The notes: generated from the sequence alone by a model not told the origin. A stretch of 64,000 nucleotides of DNA from an uncultured bacterium (GCA_963825135.1 CAWGRW010000009.1:1025008-1089007), one strand, 5' to 3'; positions 38,847 through 49,263 are shown, counted from the first letter of the stretch. Numbers and translations: made by a program.

Positions 38847-40406
38847 ATGAGTAAAGCCAAATGGCTATTTATGTTTTTATTGGCTCTATGTATGGCCATG
38901 CCTACGTTTGCAGTCGAACTGAGTTTGGGCGGCTTTCCTAGTTACATGCGTACGAGAGCACGTTACATCGGAAACGCAACCTTTATATCGGCGTTGAGCA
39001 ATCAGAACGCCATAGATCTTGGTTTTTCCGGTAATGATGACAACATATTTTTCGCGGATACCAGTCTGCGTTTAACCCCTCAATTGGTGCTCAGCGACGC
39101 AGTCACGATCAGGGCACAGTTGAACGTATTTGATAACAACATCTGGGGCGGTTCGACGTCGCAGTTATTGGGAGGACGCAACGGTGTTGTCAATTCCAAC
39201 CTGTCTTTCAGCGACAGGTTCAGGGGTGCGATTCTGACCGGACCCAACGCTATAGACGACCCTGGATTTTTTGACGTCAGGATGTTACATGCTGACATAG
39301 TACTTCCTCACAACCTCGGATTCGTCAGGGTTGGCCGTCAGCCTTTTGACTGGGGTCTTGGTATTCTTGCGAACGGCGGCTGGGATCCATACAGCGACCT
39401 CGGTTTCGTAGTCGACAGGTTCCTTTATCTTAAGTCTTTCGCGGCCGGATCTTCGTCTATTACCTTCGTGTTGGTTTCAGATATTTTCACTCAGGGCAAC
39501 AGCGTGGTTACCGGGCAGGGTAATGGATATGATGTTGCAGCGGCAGCTCTTATCTTCAACAGCCCGAACGCCATGGGTGGAAACTTGACGATCGGTGGTT
39601 ATGTATTTCCCTATATACATCAGAACGACATCGGAACGTTTCCCTTTAACGGAACAGACCCAGGCGTGCCGCCAAATTCCGGAGCGACCGTCGGTGGTGT
39701 AGATCTTGATCACTTGGTTCTTTATTCCGGCTTGATCGATTACAAGACGGACCTCTGGAGACTGGTTGGTGAAATGCAGGGAGCTTGGGGTGAGCTCGAT
39801 ATAGCCGGTGTGGGCAAAGTCGACATACCCGCTTCAAACATTATCTTTGCGGCTCGCGCGGAGGTTTATCCCGGCTGGCCTATGAAGATAATAGCGGCGG
39901 AATTCGGCTGGTCTAAGGGCGATGACCTTAGTTCATCGGATCTCAATGGAGGGGTTATCTTCTTTAACCCGGCGTACAACATTGACAACCTCCTCTTCAA
40001 GAACATGATACCGAACATCTATCAGGTTGAGAGCAGCGTTTTCAACGCGTACTATGCAAGGCTCTGGGGAACAGTAAAGCTTATTGACGAGCTTTCCTTT
40101 ACGCCTCAGGTGCTGGTTGCCTTCAACGAAGAGACGTCAAATCCATACCCGGGTGTAGACAGCTTAGACACATACATGGGTACGGAAGTCGAGGGAACAC
40201 TCACATGGCATATGTACCCTGGAGTTAACCTCGATCTCATCGGCGGTATCGTATTCCCCGGCAACAGCTTGGATACGTTGTTAGAGGCTCAGGCATCTAA
40301 CACATTGGCTGCTAACGAGGTCGATTCGGACGGTGTCAGGTATAACGAAACGCCGTATACAGTACAGGGCAGGTTGATGATCTTCATTGACCAGTTCTTT
40401 AAATAG
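38847..40406 (+). CDS. Putative outer-membrane beta-barrel protein, unknown family
   Basis: 519 aa with a signal peptide (LALCMAMPTFA). Composition rich in alternating Gly/aromatic/Asn residues is beta-strand-like. A terminator follows. Confidence 0.45.
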   Translation: MSKAKWLFMFLLALCMAMPTFAVELSLGGFPSYMRTRARYIGNATFISALSNQNAIDLGFSGNDDNIFFADTSLRLTPQLVLSDAVTIRAQLNVFDNNIWGGSTSQLLGGRNGVVNSNLSFSDRFRGAILTGPNAIDDPGFFDVRMLHADIVLPHNLGFVRVGRQPFDWGLGILANGGWDPYSDLGFVVDRFLYLKSFAAGSSSITFVLVSDIFTQGNSVVTGQGNGYDVAAAALIFNSPNAMGGNLTIGGYVFPYIHQNDIGTFPFNGTDPGVPPNSGATVGGVDLDHLVLYSGLIDYKTDLWRLVGEMQGAWGELDIAGVGKVDIPASNIIFAARAEVYPGWPMKIIAAEFGWSKGDDLSSSDLNGGVIFFNPAYNIDNLLFKNMIPNIYQVESSVFNAYYARLWGTVKLIDELSFTPQVLVAFNEETSNPYPGVDSLDTYMGTEVEGTLTWHMYPGVNLDLIGGIVFPGNSLDTLLEAQASNTLAANEVDSDGVRYNETPYTVQGRLMIFIDQFFK

Positions 40407-40476
40407 AAATTGACGCATCGAAGTGGAGATGTATTAAAGTTTTCTCTCCTCGATGTTATAAAAAATAAACCCCTTC

Positions 40477-40506
40477 TCTCGATTGACGAGGGAAGGGGTT
40501 TTTTAT
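40477..40506. terminator. Bidirectional rho-independent terminator between convergent genes
   Basis: aaaccccttctctcgattgacgagggaaggggtttttt is a perfect GC-rich hairpin with T/A runs on both sides. Confidence 0.7.
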
Positions 40507-40539
40507 TATGGGCGGTAGCTCTTCTCGGTCGGGTAGATT

Positions 40540-41130
40540 TCAGGCGGTTCTTTCGATGGCTCTTTTGATCATGAGCCTCAGCGTTTCGATGGCTTGGTTG
40601 CCGTGGATCGGCAGTTCGCCGATAATCAAAGTGGGTACCCCTAATATCTGATTCAGTGAGGCCTCTTTTTTATTTTCCTCGATCCTGTGATACATGGTTC
40701 TCTGGTTCAGGCACTCTTCGAGCGCCGTCTTGTCCAAGCCTGCTTTTTCGCATGTATCCAGAACGATCTTTACATCGCCAATGTTTTTTCTTTGAAGGAA
40801 ATAAGCCTCGTAAAGAGCGGCATGGACTTCTGCGAACCGGCCGCTGATTTTTGCGAATTCGGAGGCTTCAAGACTCAGTCTCGAGTTCGTCCTGAAGCCC
40901 GGCAGAACGATACCGATTCCGGTTTCTTTAGCCGTCTCTTTAATTCTTTCAGCCGCTTTCATGGATCTGAGCGATCTTGAGCTCTTTTGCCCGTGCTTCG
41001 GGTATTCAGGATGAATCTCAATCCCCTTCCATTCGATGTGGAGATCAAATTCATCGGAAAGCTCATCGAGATTCCTGGAGCATAGGTAACAGTAAGGGCA
41101 AGTATAATCATAGAAGACGCTTAACTTCAT
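40540..41130 (-). CDS. DsbA-like thioredoxin-fold oxidoreductase (FrnE/DSBA family)
   Basis: 196 aa. CPYC active site (YDYTCPYCYL). Confidence 0.75.
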   Translation of the reverse strand: MKLSVFYDYTCPYCYLCSRNLDELSDEFDLHIEWKGIEIHPEYPKHGQKSSRSLRSMKAAERIKETAKETGIGIVLPGFRTNSRLSLEASEFAKISGRFAEVHAALYEAYFLQRKNIGDVKIVLDTCEKAGLDKTALEECLNQRTMYHRIEENKKEASLNQILGVPTLIIGELPIHGNQAIETLRLMIKRAIERTA

Positions 41131-41327
41131 ATCGATCTTATTATAGAGCTGATGTTATTTACCGTCAAAGCGATAATCTTTAGATGCGAATTACTGTAGT
41201 ATGGGTTTATATAAGGTATATAATCGGTCCAATCATGCCCATTGATTGGATTTATTTCACAGCCATGGCGGCGGATAAAGATTAATACGGGTCAAGTTTT
41301 GTATATATTTCCGGATGCCGGTTTCTC

Positions 41328-42938
41328 TCAATGCTTGAAATGCCTCACCCCTGTAAATACCATTGCCATACCATGCTCGTCAGCCGCAGCGATTATTTCT
41401 TTATCTCGTATAGACCCGCCCGGCTGTACTATTGCGGTGATTCCAGCCTTCGCGGCTTCGTCTATTCCGTCCCGGAATGGGAAAAAGGCGTCGGAAGCCA
41501 TGACAGCGCCCGCTGTCGGCATAACGGCCTTAAACGTGGCTATCTTCACGGAATCCACTCTGCTCATCTGCCCCGCTCCTATACCGACGGTCTGGCCGCC
41601 CCGCGCAAATACTATGGCGTTTGATTTCACGTGCTTGCATACCGTCCAAGCGAATTTAAGAGCTTCCAGCTCTTCATCGCTCGGGTGACGTTTGGTTTCG
41701 ACCTTCATGTCTCTGAAGTCGTTGTTTATGCCCTTGTCCTTGTCCTGAATTAGCGCTCCTCCTGTAACTTTTTTGAAATCCAGCCCGGGGAATACGCCGT
41801 ATTGAAGCGGCGGCGTCTTCATAACCCGGAGATTCCCCTTACTTGACAACACCTGGAGAGCCTTTTCCGAGTAACCCGGCGCAATGACTACTTCGAGAAA
41901 CATATTGGCGAGCTCTGAGGCTGTAACCTCGTCCACCTCTTTGTTTAAGGCTACGATTCCTCCGAAAGCGCTTACCGGGTCGCAGGCCTTGGCTTTCAGG
42001 AATGCGTGTAGGACGCTCTCGTCAACAGCTACCCCGCAAGGATTATTATGCTTTACAACAACGCAAGCCGTTTGCGAAAAGTCCTTTACGGCTTCGAGTG
42101 CGGCATCCGTGTCGTATATATTGTTTAACGAAAGCTCCTTTCCCTGAAGCTGCACGGAATTGGAGATGCAGGGCTCATCATTTTCCGGCAGGACGTAGAA
42201 AGCCCCCTCCTGATGCGGGTTCTCCCCGTACCGGAGCTTCATCTTCTTTTCAAGATGAATGGTTACGGTCTCGGGGAATTTGTTTTTCCCGCCGTCCTTT
42301 TCCAACGCCCCTAAAAAGTTCGAAATGGCCGCGTCATAGCGCGCGACGTACGAGAAAGCTTTGACCGCCAGCCTGAAGTTAGTTTCAGGCGATATTGCGC
42401 CCTTATTCTTCTTAAGCTCCTTTAAAATGTCTTTATAGTCTTCCGGGTGAGTGACTATGGTAACGAACTGATAATTCTTGGCGGAAGCTCTCAGAAGGGT
42501 GGGGCCGCCGATGTCTATATTCTCGATCGCCTCGCCAAGGTCGACTTTTTCGTTTTTAATTACTTCCTCGAACGGATACAAATTCACGATGACCATGTCG
42601 ATAGGCTCGATGCCGTTTTCTTTCATTTGTGCCAAATGGGTCTTGTCATCCCTCAGGGCCAGGACTCCTCCGTGTATCTTCGGATGGAGCGTCTTCACCC
42701 TGCCCCCCAGAATTTCAGGGGATCCGGTAAATTCGGAAATCTCCGTTACCTCTACTCCCCCGTCCCTGAGCCTTTTCGCCGTACCCCCGGTGGATAGTAT
42801 CTCTATATCGAACTCCTTAAGACCCTTGGCGAAATTACCAATCCCCTCTTTATCGGAAACGCTCATAATGGCTCTGCGTATTTTGTTCATGTTTACACCC
42901 CTTCTGAGTTGAGATGATCGGCTCCTCTGTTCCCTCAA
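41328..42938 (-). CDS. purH: Bifunctional AICAR transformylase / IMP cyclohydrolase PurH
   Basis: N-terminal MGS-like IMPCH domain (ILSTGGTAKRL...VKTLHPKIHGG) and a C-terminal AICARFT domain. Confidence 0.9.
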   Translation of the reverse strand: MREQRSRSSQLRRGVNMNKIRRAIMSVSDKEGIGNFAKGLKEFDIEILSTGGTAKRLRDGGVEVTEISEFTGSPEILGGRVKTLHPKIHGGVLALRDDKTHLAQMKENGIEPIDMVIVNLYPFEEVIKNEKVDLGEAIENIDIGGPTLLRASAKNYQFVTIVTHPEDYKDILKELKKNKGAISPETNFRLAVKAFSYVARYDAAISNFLGALEKDGGKNKFPETVTIHLEKKMKLRYGENPHQEGAFYVLPENDEPCISNSVQLQGKELSLNNIYDTDAALEAVKDFSQTACVVVKHNNPCGVAVDESVLHAFLKAKACDPVSAFGGIVALNKEVDEVTASELANMFLEVVIAPGYSEKALQVLSSKGNLRVMKTPPLQYGVFPGLDFKKVTGGALIQDKDKGINNDFRDMKVETKRHPSDEELEALKFAWTVCKHVKSNAIVFARGGQTVGIGAGQMSRVDSVKIATFKAVMPTAGAVMASDAFFPFRDGIDEAAKAGITAIVQPGGSIRDKEIIAAADEHGMAMVFTGVRHFKH

Positions 42939-43080
42939 GCCGATTGTGAAGTCCGGAATGTTGGCTTTGTCCTGGCTCCCGAGAAAGTAATATTTTAGCG
43001 GAACGCTTCAAAATTCCAATAGACGCCCGGAAGTCGGATAAAACATATACAGGAATAGCGATTATCATAGATACGTTATT

Positions 43081-43109
43081 TTGAGAATTGCATAATTCTG
43101 ACGTATAAT
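43081..43109 (+). promoter_or_regulatory. Sigma70-like promoter (TTGAGA, 17 nt spacer, TATAAT) upstream of the MCE gene
   Basis: ttgagaattgcataattctgacgtataat. Confidence 0.5.
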
Positions 43110-43198
43110 CTTACCAGACAGCTTAAAAGGGTTTAATATTTATTCAATATTATCAGCCTCTTTAGTCGGGTTAATTTACTTCTCGGGAGATAAGCCTT

Positions 43199-44290
43199 AT
43201 GAGGAATCAGAAGTTACTGAATTTTAGAGTCGGACTATTTATGTTGATAACCCTAAGCGTATTTATCCTGATCATATTTTTCCTGTCAGGAGAGCAGCGG
43301 TTTTTTGAGAAGAGTTATGTGCTGAACACATCCTTTGAGAACACTGCCGGCCTCATAAAAGGGGCAGCGGTAAGGCTTTCGGGTGTAAGGATTGGCGAAG
43401 TCACCGATATAGAGTTTGCCCAGAAGCCGGTGGACGATAAATTAATCCTGGTTAAGATGAGGATTACGAGGGATGGAATGAGCAGAATCAATCCCGATGC
43501 AAAGGCTACTATAAAAACAGAAGGCCTATTGGGAGATAAGTACATTGAAATAATGCCGGGAGTTGAAGCGCCGCTCGCGGCGGTACCCTCATCCATGGAG
43601 ATCGAGAGCCAGACCCCCGTTGAGTTCGCAAGTATCATAGGTCAGTCGGGTGATTTACTGGCTAATATTATCAGCATCTCCGAGAGCCTCGACAAAATAG
43701 TTAAAGCATTCGGGGAAGAGCAGAATATAAGTAATATCAGCAAGACCATTGCCTCAATCAGGGCGAGTTCCGAAGCGGTTCAGAAAAACCTGGAGGCCAT
43801 CGAAAAAAATGACGGAATACTGAATACGATGATCTACGGAGAGAAGGACAAGTCGGGCAAACCGGACGAGAACGCGCTGATTAAACTCAATAAAGCTATT
43901 ACGAAATTGGACAGTATGCTTAATCAGATAGACTCAGGGAACGGAGCACTGCATGCTCTGGTTTATAATAAAGACCTGTCGAACGATATAACTGCTACCA
44001 TGGCTAACATAAAGACAGCAACGGCCAATTTGAACGGCGAAAGCGGTGTAATTACCGAGCTTAAAGAGACGATGTCGAATTTCAGGGAGATTTCGGAAAT
44101 GCTTAGGGGAGGGGAAGGCACGCTCGGAGCCCTCCTCATCGATCCGAGCGTATACGACAGCTTAAAGGGCATCCTGGGCGAGGCCGAAAGGAGCAAGTTC
44201 GTGCGTGCGGCAGTCAGGTACTTCCTCGAACAGGAAAAATCGGCTCAATCCGAAAATGGCGGCGCCCGTGATGTTACATCTACAAACTGA
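43199..44290 (+). CDS. MCE/MlaD family protein
   Basis: 363 aa. N-terminal TM, MCE domain (VRLSGVRIGEVTDIEF), and a long helical C-terminus. Confidence 0.75.
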   Translation: MRNQKLLNFRVGLFMLITLSVFILIIFFLSGEQRFFEKSYVLNTSFENTAGLIKGAAVRLSGVRIGEVTDIEFAQKPVDDKLILVKMRITRDGMSRINPDAKATIKTEGLLGDKYIEIMPGVEAPLAAVPSSMEIESQTPVEFASIIGQSGDLLANIISISESLDKIVKAFGEEQNISNISKTIASIRASSEAVQKNLEAIEKNDGILNTMIYGEKDKSGKPDENALIKLNKAITKLDSMLNQIDSGNGALHALVYNKDLSNDITATMANIKTATANLNGESGVITELKETMSNFREISEMLRGGEGTLGALLIDPSVYDSLKGILGEAERSKFVRAAVRYFLEQEKSAQSENGGARDVTSTN

Positions 44291-44425
44291 TTCTTTCGTG
44301 TAAAGAGCGCAAAAGCATGGAGAATCCGGCCACGAATTGTTACATTGCTGCAACTGGCTGATACAATGAAATTCTGCTAATTATCATTCCGGGCTATTTT
44401 CTTTTAACCATATCCGTTATCATTC

Positions 44426-45280
44426 TTGAACATTTTGAAAGGAGGATGCATGGCCGATATATTAAAAAGGTATAGGCCTGAAAGTTTCGGCTTACTTCTA
44501 ACTTCTCTTTTATTTATTTCCGCCATATCATTTACTCCTTGTCCGATACCCGCATTTAGCCAGGAATTACAGACCGGCAATCCGCCCCCGCCTTTCGTTT
44601 CCGCGCAAGAGAAAGTACTCTGGGATCAGACCGATAATATTTCGGGAGACGGTTTTTCGTCGCAGAATTTTACGGACGCCGGCGGGGTTAACGACATATT
44701 TGACGATTTCTCTGCGGACGATTTCATAGTGCCGAAATCCAAATCCTGGAGCGTAGAGACGGTAGTCGCCCTCGGCGAATACTCGCTGTTCGGCCCTGTA
44801 GAATCGTTGAACGTATTCTTTTTTGAAGATAACGGTGGGCTTCCGGGGGCGGCCGTTCTCGATTGCAGTTATACGAATATTTTGCCTCTGGACGCTAATA
44901 ATTCGAATTTTACTATCCCCCTCCCGCATCCCTGTTTTCTTGATTCCGGAATCTACTGGGTCACGGTTCAGGCCAACATGGCGGCGGGCATAGCCGGTCA
45001 GTGGTATTTCAGCGAAAGGGACGCCCGGACCCTGAGCCCGTTCGCGTTTGAGAACCCAAATGACGGCTTCGGGACGGGGTGCATAACGTTTTCACCCGCG
45101 CAGGCCGATTGCGAAGCGATATTCGAGGACCTCAATTTCCAGATAATCGGAGAGGACAGGGTCAACGAAGTAGATAGCGTTCCCGCCCTCGGTGATTGGG
45201 GCATGATCGGGATGTTCTTGATACTGGGACTTTTCGGAGTATTCGGGATACTGGCTGCCGCTAGAGGAGCGACCGAGTAG
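44426..45280 (+). CDS. Secreted protein with a C-terminal IPTL-CTERM-like sorting signal; the start is probably at the internal Met (44450)
   Basis: Signal peptide. The C-terminus VPALGDWGMIGMFLILGLFGVFGILAAARGATE matches the [IV]P[TA]L..WG plus TM plus basic-tail pattern of IPTL-CTERM domains. Confidence 0.55.
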   Translation: MNILKGGCMADILKRYRPESFGLLLTSLLFISAISFTPCPIPAFSQELQTGNPPPPFVSAQEKVLWDQTDNISGDGFSSQNFTDAGGVNDIFDDFSADDFIVPKSKSWSVETVVALGEYSLFGPVESLNVFFFEDNGGLPGAAVLDCSYTNILPLDANNSNFTIPLPHPCFLDSGIYWVTVQANMAAGIAGQWYFSERDARTLSPFAFENPNDGFGTGCITFSPAQADCEAIFEDLNFQIIGEDRVNEVDSVPALGDWGMIGMFLILGLFGVFGILAAARGATE

Positions 45281-45301
45281 GAAGCAGTCCTTATTTATCC
45301 G

Positions 45302-45337
45302 GCGGTTATTGGTGATATTGCGGTTATTGGTGATATT
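45302..45337. repeat. Perfect 18-bp tandem duplication (GCGGTTATTGGTGATATT x2) abutting the 3' end of tRNA-Gly
   Basis: Seen directly in the sequence: the two copies are adjacent and identical. Confidence 0.9.
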
Positions 45338-45338
45338 A

Positions 45339-45414
45339 TGGAGCGGGCGACGGGATTCGAACCCGCGACCCTAAGCTTGGGAAGCTTATGCTCTACCAGC
45401 TGAGCTACACCCGC
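45339..45414 (-). tRNA. tRNA-Gly (anticodon CCC)
   Basis: The reverse complement is GCGGGTGTAGCTCAGCTGGTAGAGCATAAGCTTCCCAAGCTTAGGGTCGCGGGTTCGAATCCCGTCGCCCGCTCCA. Anticodon loop TTCCCAA, T-loop TTCGAAT, and a CCA end. Confidence 0.9.
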
Positions 45415-45508
45415 TTTCACCTGAAAATCTATTATATGAGCGCTGGATTGTCAATAAATATATCCCCCGCTGTTAATAATTCGGCCTCTTCGGGATATAA
45501 TAATTCCA

Positions 45509-46405
45509 GTGAATAAAAGCCGAAAGACCGGACACCTGCTAACCGAGAAGATAAACCCCCGCACGGCGCGCCTCGACGAATGCTCTCCGGCTGAGATAGT
45601 GGAGCTTATTTTAACGGAAGACCGGGCGATTGCTGAAGCGGTAGGAAGGGAGAAAGTCCGGATTGCGGGAGCCGTGGAATTAATCGTCGGGAGGATGGCC
45701 CGGGGGGGACGTATCATATTTGCCGGCGCGGGGACGAGCGGACGTCTGGGGGTGATGGAAGCGGCCGAATGCCCCCCGACCTTCGGGACGGACCCCTCAC
45801 GGATAGTTGCTTTAATAGCCGGGGGCGGAAAAGCGGTCCTGCAATCGGTGGAGGGGGCCGAAGACTCCGCCGGGGAATCGAGAGAAGCGCTAAAAAAATT
45901 AGGGCTTGAAGAAAAAGACGTTCTCATCGGAATAGCGGCGAGCGGAACGACCCCGTACGTCGAGGGCGCTCTTTCGTATGCCCAAAAAAAAGGGAGCGGA
46001 AGGATACTTCTGACATGCAACCCCGCGGATAACGATGTGCCGGATATTATCATATCTGTTCTGGTCGGCCCTGAAGCGGTTGTCGGCTCTACCAGGATGA
46101 AAGCAGGTACGGCGACGAAGATGGTTTTAAACATGCTTACCACGGCCTCTATGGTAAAGCTGGGAAAGACTTACGGCAACCTCATGGTCGACGTACAGCC
46201 GAAGTCGGCGAAGTTGAGAGACAGGGCGAAGCGGATTGTAATGGAGATCGCGGGAGTGGACGAGGAGAGGGCGGCCAAACTGCTGAAGAAATCCGGCTGG
46301 GACGTAAAGGCGTCGGTCGTGATGGGGAAAAAGAACGTTACATATGACCAGGCCAGGGATTTGCTGATGAAAAATAACGGTTTCTTACGCAAGGCATTAA
46401 GTTGA
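45509..46405 (+). CDS. murQ: N-acetylmuramic acid 6-phosphate etherase MurQ
   Basis: 298 aa SIS-domain protein (GAGTSGRLG, AAECPPTFG, GIAASGTTPYV). Confidence 0.85.
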   Translation: MNKSRKTGHLLTEKINPRTARLDECSPAEIVELILTEDRAIAEAVGREKVRIAGAVELIVGRMARGGRIIFAGAGTSGRLGVMEAAECPPTFGTDPSRIVALIAGGGKAVLQSVEGAEDSAGESREALKKLGLEEKDVLIGIAASGTTPYVEGALSYAQKKGSGRILLTCNPADNDVPDIIISVLVGPEAVVGSTRMKAGTATKMVLNMLTTASMVKLGKTYGNLMVDVQPKSAKLRDRAKRIVMEIAGVDEERAAKLLKKSGWDVKASVVMGKKNVTYDQARDLLMKNNGFLRKALS

Positions 46406-46465
46406 CCGTCGCGCCGGGTATTCAGTTGACATACTCCCCAAAAATCTGTCCTGTAAACGCTCGTT

Positions 46466-47647
46466 ATGACAAAAATCCTTGAATCGCTATCCGGAAAGAA
46501 AGAAAAGCTCGTAGTCGGTCTTATGTCCGGGACTTCGAGGGACGGCATAGACGCGGCCCTCGTTAAAATCCCCGGGAGCGGTAAAGATACCCGAATCGAA
46601 TTGATGAAGTTCATCTGTGTGCAGTACAGCGAGGATATCAAAGCGGCGCTCGATGGTTTGACCCGAGTCTGCTCGCTTGACGGCATCTCCGGGCTCAATT
46701 TCCTTATAGGGGAGGCATTTTCGGAGGCCGCTCTTAGAGTGATTGAAGAGGCGGGGATTGAGCAAAATAGGGTTGATTTGATAGGCTCTCACGGCCAGAC
46801 TGTTTATCACAATCCCCCTTCCCGGCACTGCGGGACTCCATCGACCCTGCAGCTGGGGGAGATCGATGTGATAGCTGAGCGGACGGGAATCACAACCGTG
46901 GGGGATTTCAGGACACGGGATATGGCCGCAGGCGGCGAAGGCGCCCCGCTAGTCCCCTATGCGGATTACCTGCTGTTCATGAAGCCCGGCCGGGTGCGTA
47001 TCGCTCAGAATATAGGCGGAATAGCCAATGCGACGGTCATTACGGAGCATATGGACGATGTCACCGCCTTCGATACAGGCCCGGGGAATATGCTCATGGA
47101 TAGGGTAATAAGCATCGCTACCCACGGTGAAAAAGGGTTCGATGAGGGTGGCCGATACGCGTCACGCGGCAGGGCGAACGAAAGACTCCTCGAAGAGCTT
47201 TTATCAGACCCATACTTTCATCAGGCCCCTCCCAAATCGACGGGCGAGGAGCTCTTCGGTATTGAGCGAGCACTGGAGCTTTATGCCCTCGTGACAAAAG
47301 GAATTATTTCACTTGACGACCTCCTTGCCACACTTCTCGAGCTCACGGTGAAATCGATTTCAATTTCTTACGAGAATTTTATTTTCCCGCACTGGCAGGT
47401 GAGCGAGATAATTTTCAGCGGCGGAGGGTGCAGGAACCCCGTATTGATGGACAGGATCAAAAGGGAATTTGAAAAAATTAAATGCTCGACGACCGACGAT
47501 TACGGAATTCCCGCCGAAGCGAAAGAGGCCGTGGCCTTCGCGATCCTGGCTAGCGAACTCGTCTCGGGGAACCCCTCGAATCTCACACGGGTAACCGGGG
47601 CTTCTCACAGGGTCCCGATGGGAAAGATAGCGCTGGGAAAATTGTGA
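46466..47647 (+). CDS. anmK: Anhydro-N-acetylmuramic acid kinase AnmK
   Basis: 393 aa. GLMSGTSRDGIDAAL start and the AnmK/ASKHA fold pattern. Confidence 0.85.
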   Translation: MTKILESLSGKKEKLVVGLMSGTSRDGIDAALVKIPGSGKDTRIELMKFICVQYSEDIKAALDGLTRVCSLDGISGLNFLIGEAFSEAALRVIEEAGIEQNRVDLIGSHGQTVYHNPPSRHCGTPSTLQLGEIDVIAERTGITTVGDFRTRDMAAGGEGAPLVPYADYLLFMKPGRVRIAQNIGGIANATVITEHMDDVTAFDTGPGNMLMDRVISIATHGEKGFDEGGRYASRGRANERLLEELLSDPYFHQAPPKSTGEELFGIERALELYALVTKGIISLDDLLATLLELTVKSISISYENFIFPHWQVSEIIFSGGGCRNPVLMDRIKREFEKIKCSTTDDYGIPAEAKEAVAFAILASELVSGNPSNLTRVTGASHRVPMGKIALGKL

Positions 47648-47656
47648 TACCGTAGT

Positions 47657-49228
47657 TTGATTGACATCGAAGACTTCCGAATTGAAAATATTATGAACAA
47701 GGTAAACATAGCCGGTCTCGGAACGATCGACAGAGTGGGTCAGGTAGTGATGCCGAGACTCGATTTCAGGTTTTCCGACCCCATCCCGTTTGCGAAGAGG
47801 CTCGTAAGCGAATACAAGGTCGTCGGATTCATCATTTTCGGAGGGGATAAGCGGTCCGTAAAGAACGCGACCGAAGAGCTCAATTCGATTTCCGGGTCGC
47901 CCCTTTTATTCGGCCTCGACGCCGAGCGGGGCGCAGGACAGATAATCTCGGACGCGACACTCTTCCCATTTACCATGTCTCTCGGCGCGGCCCGGGACGA
48001 GGAGCTCGTATATGATGAGTCGCGGTTCATCGCGCAGGAGATGCGAGAGTGCGGATTGAATCTGATATTTGCGCCGGTGCTCGACGTTAATACCAATCCT
48101 GATAACCCCATAATAAACATACGCGCATACGGGGACGACCCCGCGCTGGTATCCCTGCTCGGAGGGGCTTTTATAAGGGGGGCACAGGAGGGGGGGGTTC
48201 TCGCCTGCGCCAAGCATTTCCCGGGACACGGAGGCACGGGGGTGGATTCTCATGAGGATATGCCGGTCCTCGATACGACCCTCGAGCGGCTGAAATCCTG
48301 TAACCTGGTCCCGTTTAAATATGCGGTGGAATCGGACGTCGCCGCGCTCATGACGGCCCACGTGGCTTTTCCCGGGATCGTAAGGGCGAGCATCCCATCG
48401 ACGATATCGGAAGTGATGGTAAAGGGCATTCTGAGAAGAGATATGGGTTACAGAGGTCTGGTTATAACCGATTCTTTCCATATGTCCGGCATTAACAAGA
48501 TCGGAGAGGAAGCGGGCAATTCTCACCTCGCTCTTACCGCCGGGTGCGATGTTATTCTCGACCCCGGGGACCCGGTCTCGTTATTAAATAAGCTCAATGA
48601 GATGGCCCTCACCGGCGAGCTGAGCGAAATCACGCTAAACACCTCCGTCGGCCGGGTCGTTTCAGCGAAGAACAGGCTGTTAAATGCCTCGGTTCCTCAA
48701 ATGCCGGCCGACGCCCGAACCGGCCGGGGGATATTAGAGCGCATATCCGGGGACTCCATATGCAGGCTCAAGGGCAGGGAGCTCCGCTCGCGCAGTGCTC
48801 TTGTCTCCATATTCGACTTAACTCAGTCAGGAGAGGGTATATCTAACGCATTCACGGACGTCCTCAGAAGGGCGGGGGTGGATTACAGAACCGTGCCCGT
48901 TACGTTTTCTACGGAGCCGAACAACTTACTCGTCATATCAAAAGGGTATGAAGCCCTGGTCTCGATTATTTACACTACCGTCGGCGCGTGGAAAAAGCAG
49001 TCGTCGCTGCCGGAGTTCTTCAGGACTGTCTTGAATGAACTGGCGGCCCTGGATGCGGAGACGGCGCTCCTGTCATTCGGCTCCCCCTATGTCGTTCGCG
49101 GTCTTGAAAGATTTGATACGGTTATATGCGCATTCGATAGCATGGACGCGTGTCAGTCCGCCGCCGCCGAAGTGCTTTTAGGCGGTATGAGCGCGAAGGG
49201 AAGAATGCCGGTCGATACCGGATTCTAA
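47657..49228 (+). CDS. nagZ: Beta-N-acetylhexosaminidase (GH3, NagZ-like) with a C-terminal extension
   Basis: GH3 motifs KHFPGHGGTGVDSHEDMPV and ITDSFHMSG. Confidence 0.8.
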   Translation: MIDIEDFRIENIMNKVNIAGLGTIDRVGQVVMPRLDFRFSDPIPFAKRLVSEYKVVGFIIFGGDKRSVKNATEELNSISGSPLLFGLDAERGAGQIISDATLFPFTMSLGAARDEELVYDESRFIAQEMRECGLNLIFAPVLDVNTNPDNPIINIRAYGDDPALVSLLGGAFIRGAQEGGVLACAKHFPGHGGTGVDSHEDMPVLDTTLERLKSCNLVPFKYAVESDVAALMTAHVAFPGIVRASIPSTISEVMVKGILRRDMGYRGLVITDSFHMSGINKIGEEAGNSHLALTAGCDVILDPGDPVSLLNKLNEMALTGELSEITLNTSVGRVVSAKNRLLNASVPQMPADARTGRGILERISGDSICRLKGRELRSRSALVSIFDLTQSGEGISNAFTDVLRRAGVDYRTVPVTFSTEPNNLLVISKGYEALVSIIYTTVGAWKKQSSLPEFFRTVLNELAALDAETALLSFGSPYVVRGLERFDTVICAFDSMDACQSAAAEVLLGGMSAKGRMPVDTGF

Positions 49229-49263
49229 TTTTACTATCACGCTTAGCCCTTATCAGGTAGATT

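Noticed and set aside
47906-48526. 206-aa minus-strand ORF inside the GH3 (nagZ-like) gene
   Set aside because: It is a shadow ORF antisense to a strongly supported CDS.
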